A program made the position numbers and the translations under genes. Positions 11,801 through 24,480 of a stretch of 64,000 nucleotides of DNA are shown piece by piece. A model generated the notes under the pieces. That model searched no databases, was not told the DNA's origin, and saw only the letters and a list, made by a program, of their open reading frames with translations. The DNA lies in the NCBI GenBank assembly GCA_973851085.1, contig OZ316775.1, positions 1,860,001 to 1,924,000 of the forward strand. Reading direction: 5' to 3'. The DNA is from Ptychomitrium polyphyllum. Lineage: Eukaryota. Position 1 is the stretch's first letter. Each line of letters starts with the position of its first letter.

Positions 11801-14132
11801 TCTTCCGCCTCTTAAACAAATAAGAGTGGTCATAGCAGGCCATGAGATACTTCCGATGGTTGAACGTGCAACCCTCAGCACGTGCACATGGCTGGTAATC
11901 AACTTCCGATCACGTCAGAAAAAGAAAACCTACACATTCAAAAAATAGAAGTATGCTCCGCCAAAATTCAAACTCCTAAACTGCAATAAACATACCAAAT
12001 TATGATAAAAGGGTCGAATTGAACAGCAGGAAACATAAATTGCCCTCACATAGTTAACCCAAATCCAATAGAACTAACCAGGTGATAATTCTGTGGACAG
12101 CGATCCACCCGACATCCAATTGTGGCTCCCGGTTGGTTGCAAAGGCTGCATCTCAGAAGACGACCTCGTCTAAGGGCTGCCTTTACATTTTTCAAGCGAC
12201 CGATTCCTGAAAAGTACACCTGCGCCATGGATTACCGAAAACGTGCACAGAAACTCAGAAACTCACATCCCCATGGACTTCCGAAGCAGCAGACCTGTTC
12301 AGAGTTAGTAAGAAAATAAGAGAATTGATGCCGATATTTGAGCTGTGTAGATCATCATAATTGTAATTTGCTTAAGATGGCACAGCATCAAATTGCAACA
12401 AAAAAACCTTCACTATACTATATCCACGTAAGCTCCACGAAAACTCCACGAAAGTTTACATGTGAAAGTGGCGCAATAAGGAGGAGCTCCAGGAATGTCA
12501 ATGAAAATTGTGTTGAATAATAAAGAACGATTCCATGAAGACCAAGGATGAATTAGCATTTCACACGAAAAAAGTGTATATTTCTTGCAATTGATCATTA
12601 CCTAATTCCGTTTCTCAGAGCATACAAATTGTAAAAGATAGTAGAAATGCAAAAACCAACCTCAGGACTCCAGATGGCGCAGTTCTCGTGTACCCATACT
12701 CCACCCACACCAAATTGTTCACCAAGAGGACCTAAAAGACGGCCAAGCCAACCATTCTCCGTCCCAAATCCATCGGATTTTTTAGTGTCGATTGTCACAT
12801 CTGCAAGGCAACTTTCGTCCTGCGGTTTGAGGAGACCATTGACTTGACCAACAGGAACCTCAGAAGAGACGTCCACAGCCGGTTCTCCATCAGTAGTTCC
12901 CCCGCAAAGTCCGCATCTGTTCATCATGCACAGATTCAGGCCCTCCCCTGCTAGATAATCAATGCTGCTCACACATTGAAGAACAATCGTCCTTCGCGAG
13001 ACCAGCATAACGCTTACACTAGCCAATGTCATGTCATATCACTCCAGACTACGCACTAAAAGAGCTACGAACTTTAAGTAGGTTAAATGCATAGCGAAAG
13101 TTAGCAATAATACGAATAAACGATTGTACATACAAATAACATTCCACATACAAGGATCTACTCGAATATCGCATATGTAAGAAACAAGTAAAACCCTGAC
13201 AGAGCCCCCGGTACTAAACTGGATCACAAGAGGAAATAGCTTAATTGCAAACTGCTACTATAAGTAGAACTCAACATGTTTGTAACCAGTCAACATTGTA
13301 AGAATAGTCGATCCGGTCATCCCAATCGATACCGAACCGGAATTCTGGCTTTCAGTTACTAATTATGGCATCAAGACATGAACCAAACAGCGAATCCGAA
13401 TGCTCAACGTAATACGGCCAACGTAATCATGGTCCTGGCCTGTAAACCTCATAAAATCCAAAACTCCCACCGATGACGTGCTCAACTAAGTGCGAGAAAC
13501 ATAATACCGGACAGTTTCAAACACTCATCCAACTTCTTCCGAACCAGAAGAACCAAAAGCATGACATAACATCTGACGGATCCGAACGACCCTCTCCAAC
13601 AGTCATCCACACTCTGCGTTCTTCTCAATCACCACCAACGAACCAGCGCTCACAAAGCCAGAACCGGATCAAAGCATCAACCACAACTTCTACCAGAATT
13701 GAAAACCACAATGCAACCAAATCTCAGCCACGGAGTCGGAAATTGGAACAACCGAGTAAACGAAACCAACCTACGCATGCTCGCCACCATGTCCGGCAAC
13801 GTCAACTCCTCCTCCTCTACGGCTTCCACATCGGGAACCAGGCCACGCACAACATCGGGGACCTCCACAACCACGGCCCTCCTCGCCGCCATAGAATCGC
13901 TCACGGGATGATCAGAATGCTCATGCTCCGGACATCCTTCACCCTCGCCCTCGCCCTCGCTCTCGCTCTCGCCATCACCATCACCCTCTGCTCCCCCATC
14001 ACCATCGCTGGCCTGAGGCATAGCTCCTGCACCTGCGGCTTCCAGCAGTTGCTCCAGGCGATCCTCCCGGTCGTCCACCACGGGAGCCACCAGCTCGTGC
14101 GACGCCGTGCGGTGATGGCTCTTCCTCTTCAT
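5810..14132 (-). CDS. BRP1: Extended-PHD (zf-HC5HC2H) + AAA ATPase, ATAD2-related, At3g15120/BRP1-like
   Basis: Exons 14132-13771, 12916-12661, 12219-12079, 11891-11428, 10934-10253, 10126-9361, 9087-8807, 8670-~8097, 7905-7308 and 7124-5810. ePHD: RCGLCGG...WVHENCAIWSPE|VYFSG...CSLCNQPGATIGCRVDRCPQNYHL|PCARAEGCTFNHRKYLMACYDH. AAA1 has Walker A GHPGTGKT, Walker B IIFFDEID and SRH ATNRPDSLDPALRRPGRFDRE. AAA2 is degenerate (RVLLLGGAQQGQK). I recognised no bromodomain. The 3' end and the junction at the N gap are less certain. Confidence 0.88.
7997..8096. other. Assembly gap (100 N)
   Basis: A run of exactly 100 N, a conventional placeholder length. Confidence 0.99.
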
Positions 14133-14182
14133 GGCGACCCCGAATTCATCTCTCGGCTGGGCTCTCCACCATCGCCAACCAA

Positions 14183-14191
14183 TTAGGGTTT
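14183..14191 (-). promoter_or_regulatory. Telo-box (AAACCCTAA) ~50 bp upstream of the AAA-ATPase ATG
   Basis: TTAGGGTTT on the + strand at 14183-14191; the ATG is at 14132. Confidence 0.6.
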
Positions 14192-14963
14192 GAAGCTCTC
14201 GCTCTGCCTCTCAACCTTCCTCACGCCTTCAACGCCCCCTGCTCCCACGCTCCCGACGCTCCCTCTCCCCCTCCAGCTCCGTTCCTATCCCTCGCCCGCG
14301 TTCTCTTGGCGTTCTCGTCTACTTGTTCTCGAAGTTCCCCGCGGGTCGTCGCGTCTCCGTCTGTGACGATGCCTTGGGGTGGTTCTGGTTCCCATCGTTC
14401 CCGGGGCTGGCGTTCCGCCCCTTTAGTCGTTTGGATTTCCTTTCAAAACTTGGGGGTTACCGCGCTGAATACAGAATGGGGGATGCGAAGTTTGAATTCT
14501 AGAAGGGCCCCTGTTTGGAGCCAATTTGGGTGCTCTTGGGGATCTTACCATTGGGTACCGGTTTTGGTTATTGTTCCCTGTGCTTGCATGGGTACCGTGT
14601 TCCCATCTGCAAAGCCCCCCTTATCCGTGCTTAGTTCTATATTTTAGAGTTGTTGTGTTTTGAGTTAAATCATTGTGTGTTTTTGTGGAGTTTTTCTTTT
14701 GTTTTTTTTTTTAAATTTATGTCGTACGTTTAATGTTTTGAGTGATAAAATATTCCTGAATTGCATAAACTCTGATGTGCTTAAGCTTATGTGATAATGC
14801 TACATGGTGGATTTTTTTTTAAGTCCTTAGTTTTATGTGATTTTTTTTGTGGTTGATATTAAAACCAAATTATAGTAATTTTTGATTGATGATGCTAATA
14901 CTTTTTTTTGGTTTGGGAATTCAAGCATTGGTTTTTGATCATATGAAATTTAGATTTTTAGAT

Positions 14964-15097
14964 TTTTATGAAATATATCCAACCATCATAATTTGTCTAT
15001 GACACATATAAAAAGTAATGTAATTGATATGAAATGCAAACTTTTGTAATGATTACATTCTTTTTATAATTACGATGGTTGGATATATTTCATAAAA
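14964..15097. repeat. 134-bp inverted repeat / hairpin (MITE-like or fold-back relic)
   Basis: TTTTATGAAATATATCCAACCATCATAATT (14964-14993) matches the reverse complement of 15068-15097 at 29/30. An inner arm TATAAAAAGTAATGTAAT also pairs with ATTACATTCTTTTTATA. Confidence 0.85.
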
Positions 15098-15412
15098 CTA
15101 TCATTGTTTGAATAATTTCATCTAAAAATAATTCTTTGAAGTTTTTATTTTAGACATGACAATATTTTAAGAAAATGATCATTTGTATTAATTAACTTAA
15201 TTAATTAGAAATGTAAATGTTTATTTGTATAAATTTTTTTGAATCATCACTTAAGGTTATTTTAATGAATTTTATACTTTAAATGTCAATATCAAAATAT
15301 CTTTATCAAGTCAACTATTAATGAGCACTATATCATTTTATTTTTTTCATTTATTTTATGTATTATCTAATTTTCAAAATTCTAAAACTAATACAAACGA
15401 TTTTTATTTATG

Positions 15413-15489
15413 TTTTTTTTTATTTTTTATTTTTAATTTTTTTAATTTTTTTAATTTTTAATTTTTAATTTTTTTTAATTTTTTTTTTT
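15413..15489. repeat. Low-complexity (T)nAA repeat
   Basis: Runs of 5-11 T separated by A or AA. Confidence 0.8.
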
Positions 15490-18400
15490 GAAGTACTAAA
15501 ATAATAAACATATTTTTTGTTTAAATTGTACTTTTCTAAATTTGTACACATTCTAAGATTTATCCACTTTTTATTTTTGTAAGTAATTTGCAAATGATTG
15601 CAATCATCAAATGCAAGACAAAATACACTTATGTTTTATAAAATAAATTAATGCAAGAACTAATAGTAAGTGAAAAAACCATAGGACAATTGTAGTTTGA
15701 TTTTATTTCTTTATTTAAATTATAAATATTCACATTAAATGAAAAATTTCAATGAATTTAGTATGCCACTACTCTAAAAACTCCAAATTAATTGGAACTA
15801 GTGACAATTTTTTATATCTACATTTTACAATAAAACTTGTAATAAAAGATTGTAGCATAATATAATACAATTTTTTTTATTCTCATAATTGAATTATTTA
15901 AATTTCATAACATTATTCAAAATTATTAACATTACATAATTATGTTTTAAAATTTAAAAACTATCACTAGTGTGTATATTTCATCTTGTCCCTTATACAA
16001 TTTTATATTAATCCATTTAATTGTAGTATGTATTTAAGTACATTATACTTATTTAGTAGTTTCAGAAATATTTTGAAATTTTTAAACCATAAATCCAAAA
16101 ATTTTAATTGTATTTCTGAATATTAATCAAATTAAAATAATCATAATCAATATTAAAGTCTATTATAAACTAATTAACCAACACGGCAAATCTTTATTTA
16201 AAAATTAACAATAGTTGTTATTTAACTCCAATCAATAAGAAACAACTCTATAGTATTTAATTATGTGATTAAATTCTATGATTCAAATTATGTGATTCAA
16301 ATTCAAACTACTTTTTTTAATCAAATCTTTTGGTAGGAAGAATTTTGTACCTTAAATATTATTTGTAGCTTTTAAAAATCAATTGATTATTCGTCATATA
16401 ATTAATGATCCTATAATATGAAAATAAAGTAGTTATTACAATAAATTCTCTTAAAACTTTATATATATAATTCCCACATTTAAATCTTGATAAATCCATG
16501 ATATATACATAACATAAGTTTAAAAATCTTTTAAATATAATAGGTTTATGAAAGATGTAGAAATATAATGATTTTGTTTTTTCTTTAATAGACTAAATCT
16601 ATCAATTCAAATACTAAAAACATGCCAAATATAAGGTTAAAAAGTATTAGAATTACATAAAATTATTGTTTATGAAATGAAGTTTTATTAAATTAAAAAT
16701 TTATAAAAAATCTATAAAAATTTACAAAAATTTATAAAATATAATTACATACATACATGTGTTTGATGATTTACAAAATATGGTATATTATCATATGTTT
16801 TATAGAATTATATATTTAATATTTCTAATTATATTTAAATTCTTTAGATTATAGGTACAATCAAAGGAATATTTTAAGTTAAAGGATTTTTCAATAACTT
16901 TACTTTTTGTATTATTAGAGATTTTATGAAAACTTTGAAAATATAGTTTATTTTCTATTTTTTTACATATTATCATTTTTTCAATCAATAATGTATGTAA
17001 ACAATTAAATACATAAGATCATTTTCTTCAAATGATGTTTGAGTTTTTTAATTACATTGTATTATCATTTATTAATTCAATAAATAAAATCCTAAGACAT
17101 ACTATTTAATAATCAATGTGGCTTTATATGAATTACAGCAGTAGATTTATAAAAAGACAAAAATTAATAAAAATATCATTTGCTTGAACTATATGTTATA
17201 AAAGAACATAAATAATTTTAAAAAATTTAATTAAAAATAAGATATTTCTATTTGATAGTTTTAAAATAATTGTATCATCTTATATAATTCAAGTGAGATT
17301 TATTTCTTAAAATAAAAGTTTTCATTTTTAATAGATTGTAAAAAAATCCGCTACTTATTTTGTGTAATTATCTAAAAGCTAACATAATATTATTATAAAA
17401 TATTTTTGCCAAAACTAAATGAATTAAGTATCTATCTTTAAAGTATATATTGCCTTAAACTAAAAACAATTTTGTAAAAGTTAAGATAATTCTTAACTTG
17501 TTTCTAATATACAAAGTTTATTTTTTATGTTTTTTAAAATCCAAAATATTTTATATTTAACAAATTGATAATAATGCATTTAAAAACCTTTGATATAAAA
17601 AACATGAAGAATTCCAAAAAGAACCAAAGAACTAAATAAGATGTCAAAAATTATTATATAAATCATTTTGACATTCCAAACATGGCAATTGTTTCTTTTT
17701 TAAAAATAAGAATTGAATATGGATAAAAATTATGAACTAAAACTTTTGATTCTATCTTCCAAAAACAAAATCTTTTATTGATATGGAAAACCCAAGGTAA
17801 GTTGTATGATCCATTTTTAGCAAAAACATTTTCCTAAATAACAAGACATATACCTTTAAAAACAAGTAGCTCAAAAATATAGGACTTTATTTCATGTAAG
17901 TCATATGTAATCTTCAATGTCAAAGATTTTGACTTCATAAAATAGATATTTGGAATTGTTTTATAAATTCAGGGTTGAAGTGATAACATCTTTTCTACAC
18001 TTAACAGGAACTTGATTCCTATCTTCATATAAGAAAATAAACAACATTTTTGCCAATTTTTAAAACTCTTTCCTCTTCCTAAATACACACTTTCCAACAC
18101 TAAAGGCAAATACAACATGATTTCTTTCTAGCCATGCCAACATTTTTTCACCACTTATATTCCCAAACCAAATCTCAAACGTCAAAAATGTATACATCTT
18201 ACATTATTACCTACTTACCATTTATTCTTCTACAAAAAATGGTTGCACATAAGAACTAAAGTAAAATGTATGGCCACTATCACATCTTTGATGTGTTGGC
18301 ATTCAATGCAAGTATTTGTTCAATTATAGAAAGCTTAAAAGTGAAAAAGGAAACAATAAACAATAAATAGTAAAAAAGACATGTTAATTATTCTTGTTTT

Positions 18401-18746
18401 AAATGAAAAGTGAAAACAAAAGTAAGTTTATAAGTGCGGATGAATAGACAGAGACCAGATTATGAAGTTCTTCTTGTACTTAGTACAAAACCCTAAAACT
18501 GGTTTCCTGGTGCCACAGTGGACTCGCACACAGAACTATGTGTACTACAGTGTATGGGAGATGCAGCGGAGCATGTGGCCAGCTCCAGGTCCACATGAGC
18601 TCCCTCCAACCAAATCGGTGGCAGCCGTGAAGGAGTGGAGAACACTGGTGGAGGGCGACAGCTCCATGGCCAAATGGAAAGGCCGCCATGCCATTTAACA
18701 GCCAAATAGCCAGTGTGGGTCCGAGTGTGTCGCCTGGAAAATCAGA

Positions 18747-18873
18747 ATGGCAATCATGGCAGTCATGGCATTCAGGGAGATGGGATGTGGGTGGCTCCTG
18801 CAGCTCCAGCTCACCTGCCCTCCATGCCCACACAACCACAGTCACCGCAGTCACCACAGTCACCACAGTCACC
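18747..18873. repeat. Two 9-bp-period tandem repeats in the MPH1 upstream region
   Basis: ATGGCANTC x3 at 18747-18773 and ACC(A/G)CAGTC x4 at 18835-18870. Confidence 0.85.
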
Positions 18874-19049
18874 GTACCATACTCCCAATCTCGCACCTTG
18901 GGCTCTGCCTACTCACAGTCCACACTGCATGCTGGATCGGCACCCAAGGTTGCAGATTTCCATTCCAAATCTAGCTTGCGGTGTCGTGTGACATAGGATT
19001 GTGTCGGATTGTTGCTTGTGCGTTGCGGTGCAGTGCGGTGCTAGTGGCC

Positions 19050-20738
19050 ATGGCAGGACTGGCCCAGACCATGATGAGTTGCACTGGTGTGCGGGGCAGT
19101 GCGTCGTCCTTCATGGGCTCTGCCCTGGCTTCCTCCATCACTGCCCCGGCTAAGTCTCTGCGCATGGGTGCCAGGATTTCGGCTGTCCAGACACCTGAGG
19201 AGTGCAACGAGGAGGACTGCGCTCCTACCAAGGAGGTACATTGCAAGTGCTTTGGATTTTTCAGTGATGAGTTGTATTGTTTGGACGGGGTGATTTTGTG
19301 ATCTGGGCAGTGTTGAGGTTTTTGGTAATTTGAGTTGGGTTGAGTTGGCGTTGAACCCTTTGGTATGGGCAGTAGAGGAGCGTTGGATTCCGGTGAATTT
19401 GTAATGTGCAGTACGAAGGTTCCTCTGGTTCAATTCTCTGTGAGTGTGGTGAGTGATGGGCATCAGTGGTTTCACTTGAGGGTGAACTGGAAGAGCTACA
19501 AATGAAGAGGAAGTCTGAACTGAAGAAATAGAATCTGCTGTAGAATGAGTGACTAAGTCTTTCTGCAAGCCGCATTTTTTTGCATATTGGATATCGTCGT
19601 AGTCTAGTGCTTGTCAAAAGTATTGTTATTTCTCGTTTGGCTTGAGGAGAAGGAAAGGTTTTGACCATAGAGGTTTTCTGAAACCGACACGAGAAGTAAG
19701 AGTGCGAACGTATCAGTGGTGATAAAGTTTGTGATTTAATCCTTGGGAGTGCACTTGAAGGACAATACCTTCTAGCAGGAGCAGCAAATTGCATGTTTAG
19801 ATATTATGGGATAGTCTGCAGCAATAGTGGAGATGGCGGCATGATGAAAAGGAATTGCGACTTTGAGCTGCGATTGGGCAGTTTAGAATTCTAATTTTGT
19901 ATTACTAGGTCGTCGAGAAAGAGATTGTTAGGTCATCGGCTCTTTATAAAGAGTGTGTTTGTGCTTTTCAGGTCGGAAAGCTCAGCATGGACTGGAAGTC
20001 TGAGGATAACACAAAGGTGACCGGAACATATCCACCAATGGCTCGCACTGAGCGCAAGTGGACTGGGTATGTGGAGAAGGACACAGCAGGACAGACCAAC
20101 ATATACGCTGTCGAGGTGAGTTTTGTGACATGTATTATTTCCGGTTTGTAGTGACATATATATTATAAAATGTTGCTGGATATTGAATGTCTGAATGAAA
20201 TCTTTTAGGCTCTCTATTCGAATTCGTCTCAGAATGCAACCCAACGATGTGAATTTGAATGAAGAAACTGATAACCTTTATTGTCAATAGAAGTGCACAT
20301 GTCTCATGTATGTGTTTAATTGGGTGATCGTGGCAGCCAACGATTTATGTTGCTGAGAGCGCCATCAGCACTGGTGCTGCTGGAGGAGCTGCTACTGGGA
20401 CTGAAAATTCTCTTGCAGTTGCTGGAGGATTGGCCCTTGTTGCAGTTGCAAGTGCTGCCTCCATTCTGTTCTCTGTGGGCAAGAACTCATCAGAACCGGC
20501 AACGTCATATGTTGGTCCTCCATTGAGCTATTACGTATCAAAGTTTTCTCAGGAGACTTCATCGCCTCCTTCTTTTTCGGCTCAAATTCCCCCAATTCCG
20601 GAATCGCCACCACTTTCCGAGGACATGTCTCTCTCTAAACCCGAGGTTGCCGTTACTGAACCGGTAGCTGCTGTGTCTGAGGCTGTCTCCGAGAAGGTTT
20701 CAGAGGCTGTCTCGACTGTTTCGTCTGCGGTTCAGTAA
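19050..20738 (+). CDS. MPH1: MAINTENANCE OF PSII UNDER HIGH LIGHT 1 (thylakoid protein), 3 exons
   Basis: Exons 19050-19235, 19972-20115 and 20337-20738, all phase 0 and GT-AG. A Ser/Ala-rich transit peptide precedes EECNEEDCAPTKE|VGKLSMDW...WTGYVEKDTAGQTNIYAVE|PTIYVAESAIS, then a TM helix, YVGPPLSYYVSKF and a Pro/Glu-rich tail, matching At5g07020 motifs. Confidence 0.93.
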
Positions 20739-23059
20739 GGTCGTCTGAGGACGCTTTATTACGCGGCGAGGAGGATAATCTGAGTCACGAAGCCTTCTCA
20801 TGATCTGCGACTCTCCAGTTTAGAGTTCGTACTTGTAGGTCAGAGATTTGCATCATCCATTGAGGGACATTCCCCTTTGTAGTATATAAGATGTGCTACT
20901 AATTCGGTGAAAACATGATGCCTGTTTTTCTTTCGGCGTTAGATTAGTTCATGAGTACAGCGTACAGTTTATGTTAGACAAGCGGATGTTTCGTTTCAGA
21001 GCATTAGAGAACGATGTGCTCACCTGGCCCGCAACTCTTAGTACTGAAATTTACAAAGAGTTTCGATGGAAATTGTTGCATTGTGATTCATGTTCGTCTT
21101 GGATTCTCATCACCACAAACCTGCCAGAATTACACGCTGAATCTCACCTCGGTATCAATTTGATCATCTTGTATCTGTACCTTTTTTCAGGTGTGTTGGA
21201 CTGTTAGACCAATGAGTAGGTGCTATGCTTTGCTGATGATAAGTGCCTGCCTTGGTCAAGATATTTCAATGAAAGTGATCCAGAGACATATGCTCACTCT
21301 TCAGTTAAACAATGTAGAAGTCGTTGATTTTGTGTATGAAAAGAAGCTTTCACTTTGGATGCAATGACACATCTTTTCCCTCTGGTGAAACAATGGAGTT
21401 CTTTTATTCCGATCAAAAGCCAAAAGCCTTCATCTTATATTAGCCCGTCATCATTAAGTATCTATCTTTAAAAGATTCTTCTGAACCAACAGTTATGGTT
21501 CGAAGTGAAGGATTCTTTTGTGAAAAGTTATCTGAAAAGTTCTTCGTCCACCTTATTTTGCCACTGTTCTAACCTCTCTTTTTATCTATACTTGGGGTGT
21601 TGTAGTGTCTTGTTATAGATGAATAGTACATTGTCATTTGAAAGCCATGGTTGTGGAACTCTTATAAAAGGTATAGAATCTATAGAATGGTGAGAGTAGT
21701 TTGTTTCAAATTGTTTTATAATTTGCTATAGACTAGTTTTTGTTTTGTTTTTGTTTCAAAAAGAATTTTGTTGTAGATCTATTAATTCTTTTCTTTTTAA
21801 ATAGACCTTTTGGATGATTTTGATAATCCTTTTATAATAAATCATGTAAATGCCATAAATGTTGCTCAGATCTAAATCAACCTTGAAGGACAAATGTTGT
21901 AAATGTTAATAAATCTTTAAAAGATTGATTCATAAGAAACATAAGGGAGTCTAATATAAACAAATCTTATTACAAAGGTAGCTGCTATTGAAAAAACAGT
22001 GCATTAATGAGGTCAAAATGTAATTTCTAATATCGTTTTCACTAACATTCCAAAAAACCAAATATACAAACAGTTACTAAGTGAATGTTAATTTATAATA
22101 CACGTATTCACTTTAAATATTAAAAGCTAATATAAATATTATTGAATAAGATTTTTGTCTTAAATAGCAAAAAAGATATATCTTTGCATCATAGAGCCTT
22201 ATCTATATGATAATAGCTATCTTATTGTGAGGCTATATGATGTATTTTGCTATTGAACATAGTATTCTTCCTTCTAACTAAACTTGATATTTTATAAATC
22301 TATAAACCTTAGATTTAAATACTCCAACAACCTATTTGTTCTACCTTTTGCTAGCCATCATTCTTTTTTTTATTTCTAATTCTTTGAATTTTCCAACACA
22401 CAATTTTTTGTAATGCTATACATTTTTTATATAAGAGTATTCTTAACGTTCTAAATCTAGTGTTAGAATGTTTTTAATGTTCTAAATATAATATTAGAAT
22501 ATCCTACCATTGGAATCTGCATAATTTCCTTAAATTTACAATTATTCATCATTTATCAAACATAATTCAATAAGTTTCAAAATTTTGTTTCTAAATTGAT
22601 TCCTAAATGAAGGGCTAAATTACCATCATTATAGTTACCTTAATTTGCATTGTAATTTAAAAAAGAAAATGCTTTATTATTCTTGTTAATTTGTATTAAT
22701 GATTAATATAACATTCTTTAGTGGTAGAAAAATTCTTCATTCTAAAAACCAATAAATTAAATACATTCAATGTACTAATTAAGGCACTTGGTAGTGATGA
22801 CAAACTTTGTTTTCAATAATAAAATTGAAATATCTTATTACCATTCATTGTCTTTATCATGGTTCACTTAGTGAATACAAAAAAAGGACTTTTCTTAGAA
22901 ATATTATAGTTTTATTTTACTTGTTCTTTGATGGCCTTAGAAGTGAGTGGTTTTTTGTATGAAAAGAAACCAAGAAAGTTACAAAAATGATTTGAATCAA
23001 AAAAATTGTTCCAAATTTTGCATTAAGTCTTATCTTGGAATTTATATGACAACAAAGTA

Positions 23060-24480
23060 GATTAACAAGACACTTTATACATAGGTCAATAGTACCAGGT
23101 ACCAGTCCTTGGAAGTCCACAAAATTGGGAAAAAAAACATGGAAAAAAGAAAGTAGACAGCAATGTAGAGGAAGCTTACCTGGTACCTGATACCTGTCCT
23201 GCGGCATAGCCCTTGGAATCTGGTGCTATTCTGTGTCAAGTGGCTGCATGAAAGCTGGCACCTTGGGTTCATCACCATTGCTGGGTCACACAATGCACAT
23301 TTTCAGGCCACTTCCTCCTCACCTCTGATGGTCATAACATAGGAACTTTTGCAGCACACAATATAGTATGCTTCTGGGTCTTCTAGAATGAGTACAATCT
23401 GGAACTTGCCAAGAGTAAATGTTCATGCGTTGACACAACACATTGTGGTGGAACAATGCTAAGCAAAAATATAACCATTCAACTTGGCTATTCATAGTAG
23501 GGCCCTATAGTACTAATAGGGCTGACGAGCTCAATTCCTTGCAAGGACATCATGTTTTATGACATTGCATCAGCAGAAATTCCAAAGCCATTCAGATTCA
23601 ATTAACACAGATAACAAAAACCATGTGAACTCCTTGGCCTAACATGTCCACAGTTTCTCTGCAAAGTATCATGCATTGATTGTGAATGCATGTACAATTA
23701 CTCTAGACACTTGCACAATTGTGGGGCTGCTTCGTTGTGAACATTAGTGTAAGTTAATCCACACCTAAGAGAGAGATTAAAAACATCTGCATTCATCTAC
23801 ATGGATGGCTCTATGTTTTGGATGAAAGATGACTCTTTGAAGAGAGAGTTTATGTCAGATTATGAAGCTTTCAAAGGACCACTCATAAACTACCCATGTA
23901 TAAACACAAGACAAGCATATGTTTAAGTTAGTGAAGGAGAATTTGAGCCTACAATGATGCTTGTTTCTTTTGCATGTATTTTGCAAGTACTTGTAGTCAT
24001 AAGTCAGATCAGATGCAATTGATGATGACATGTTTTGGTCTAGTGATCTCTCACAATCTGATGGATTTCTTGTTGTGGCATTCATTGTTATTAGTTTTTG
24101 GCTCCATCTAAGAATACACACTCTCCAACTGCAACTATATTTCAACTTTTCTTGCAGACTTGCAGGCTGTATTAAGTTACTTCTTTCTACATAGATGAAT
24201 GTATCTTGTCATCTAACCCCAGAAATCATCAACTACTAGACCCATTCTAATAAAAAGCAAGGTCACCATTGAAGCACATTACTTGGACCAATCCAAACCA
24301 CTCATAACTCAAATAATGAATTTATTGAATTCCTGGCTTCATGCGCACTCCAGGGTGCTATGATCTCAGTAACTTTTCATACAGTGATGCAAAGTAATGC
24401 AAAGTCCTTACCCAGGCATGATAGCCATCATTGTGTGTTGTCCTTAAAGCAATATCTTCTTCATAAGTGCATGGTAGGTT
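23060..24480 (-). pseudogene. CpG-depleted, GC-elevated relic island (decayed gene or transposon fragment, unidentified)
   Basis: GC is clearly above the flanks, yet I count only about five CG dinucleotides in ~1.4 kb. Minus-strand donor-like sites (CAG|GTAAGC, TGG|GTAAGG) and stop-interrupted frames are present. No family recognised. Confidence 0.35.

Noticed and set aside
13473..14186. 237-aa plus-strand ORF
   Set aside because: It is the antisense shadow of the GC-rich, low-complexity first exon and intron of the AAA ATPase.
18462..18996. Six overlapping ORFs upstream of MPH1
   Set aside because: They are explained by GC-rich promoter DNA with 9-bp repeats lacking stops, and show no domain.
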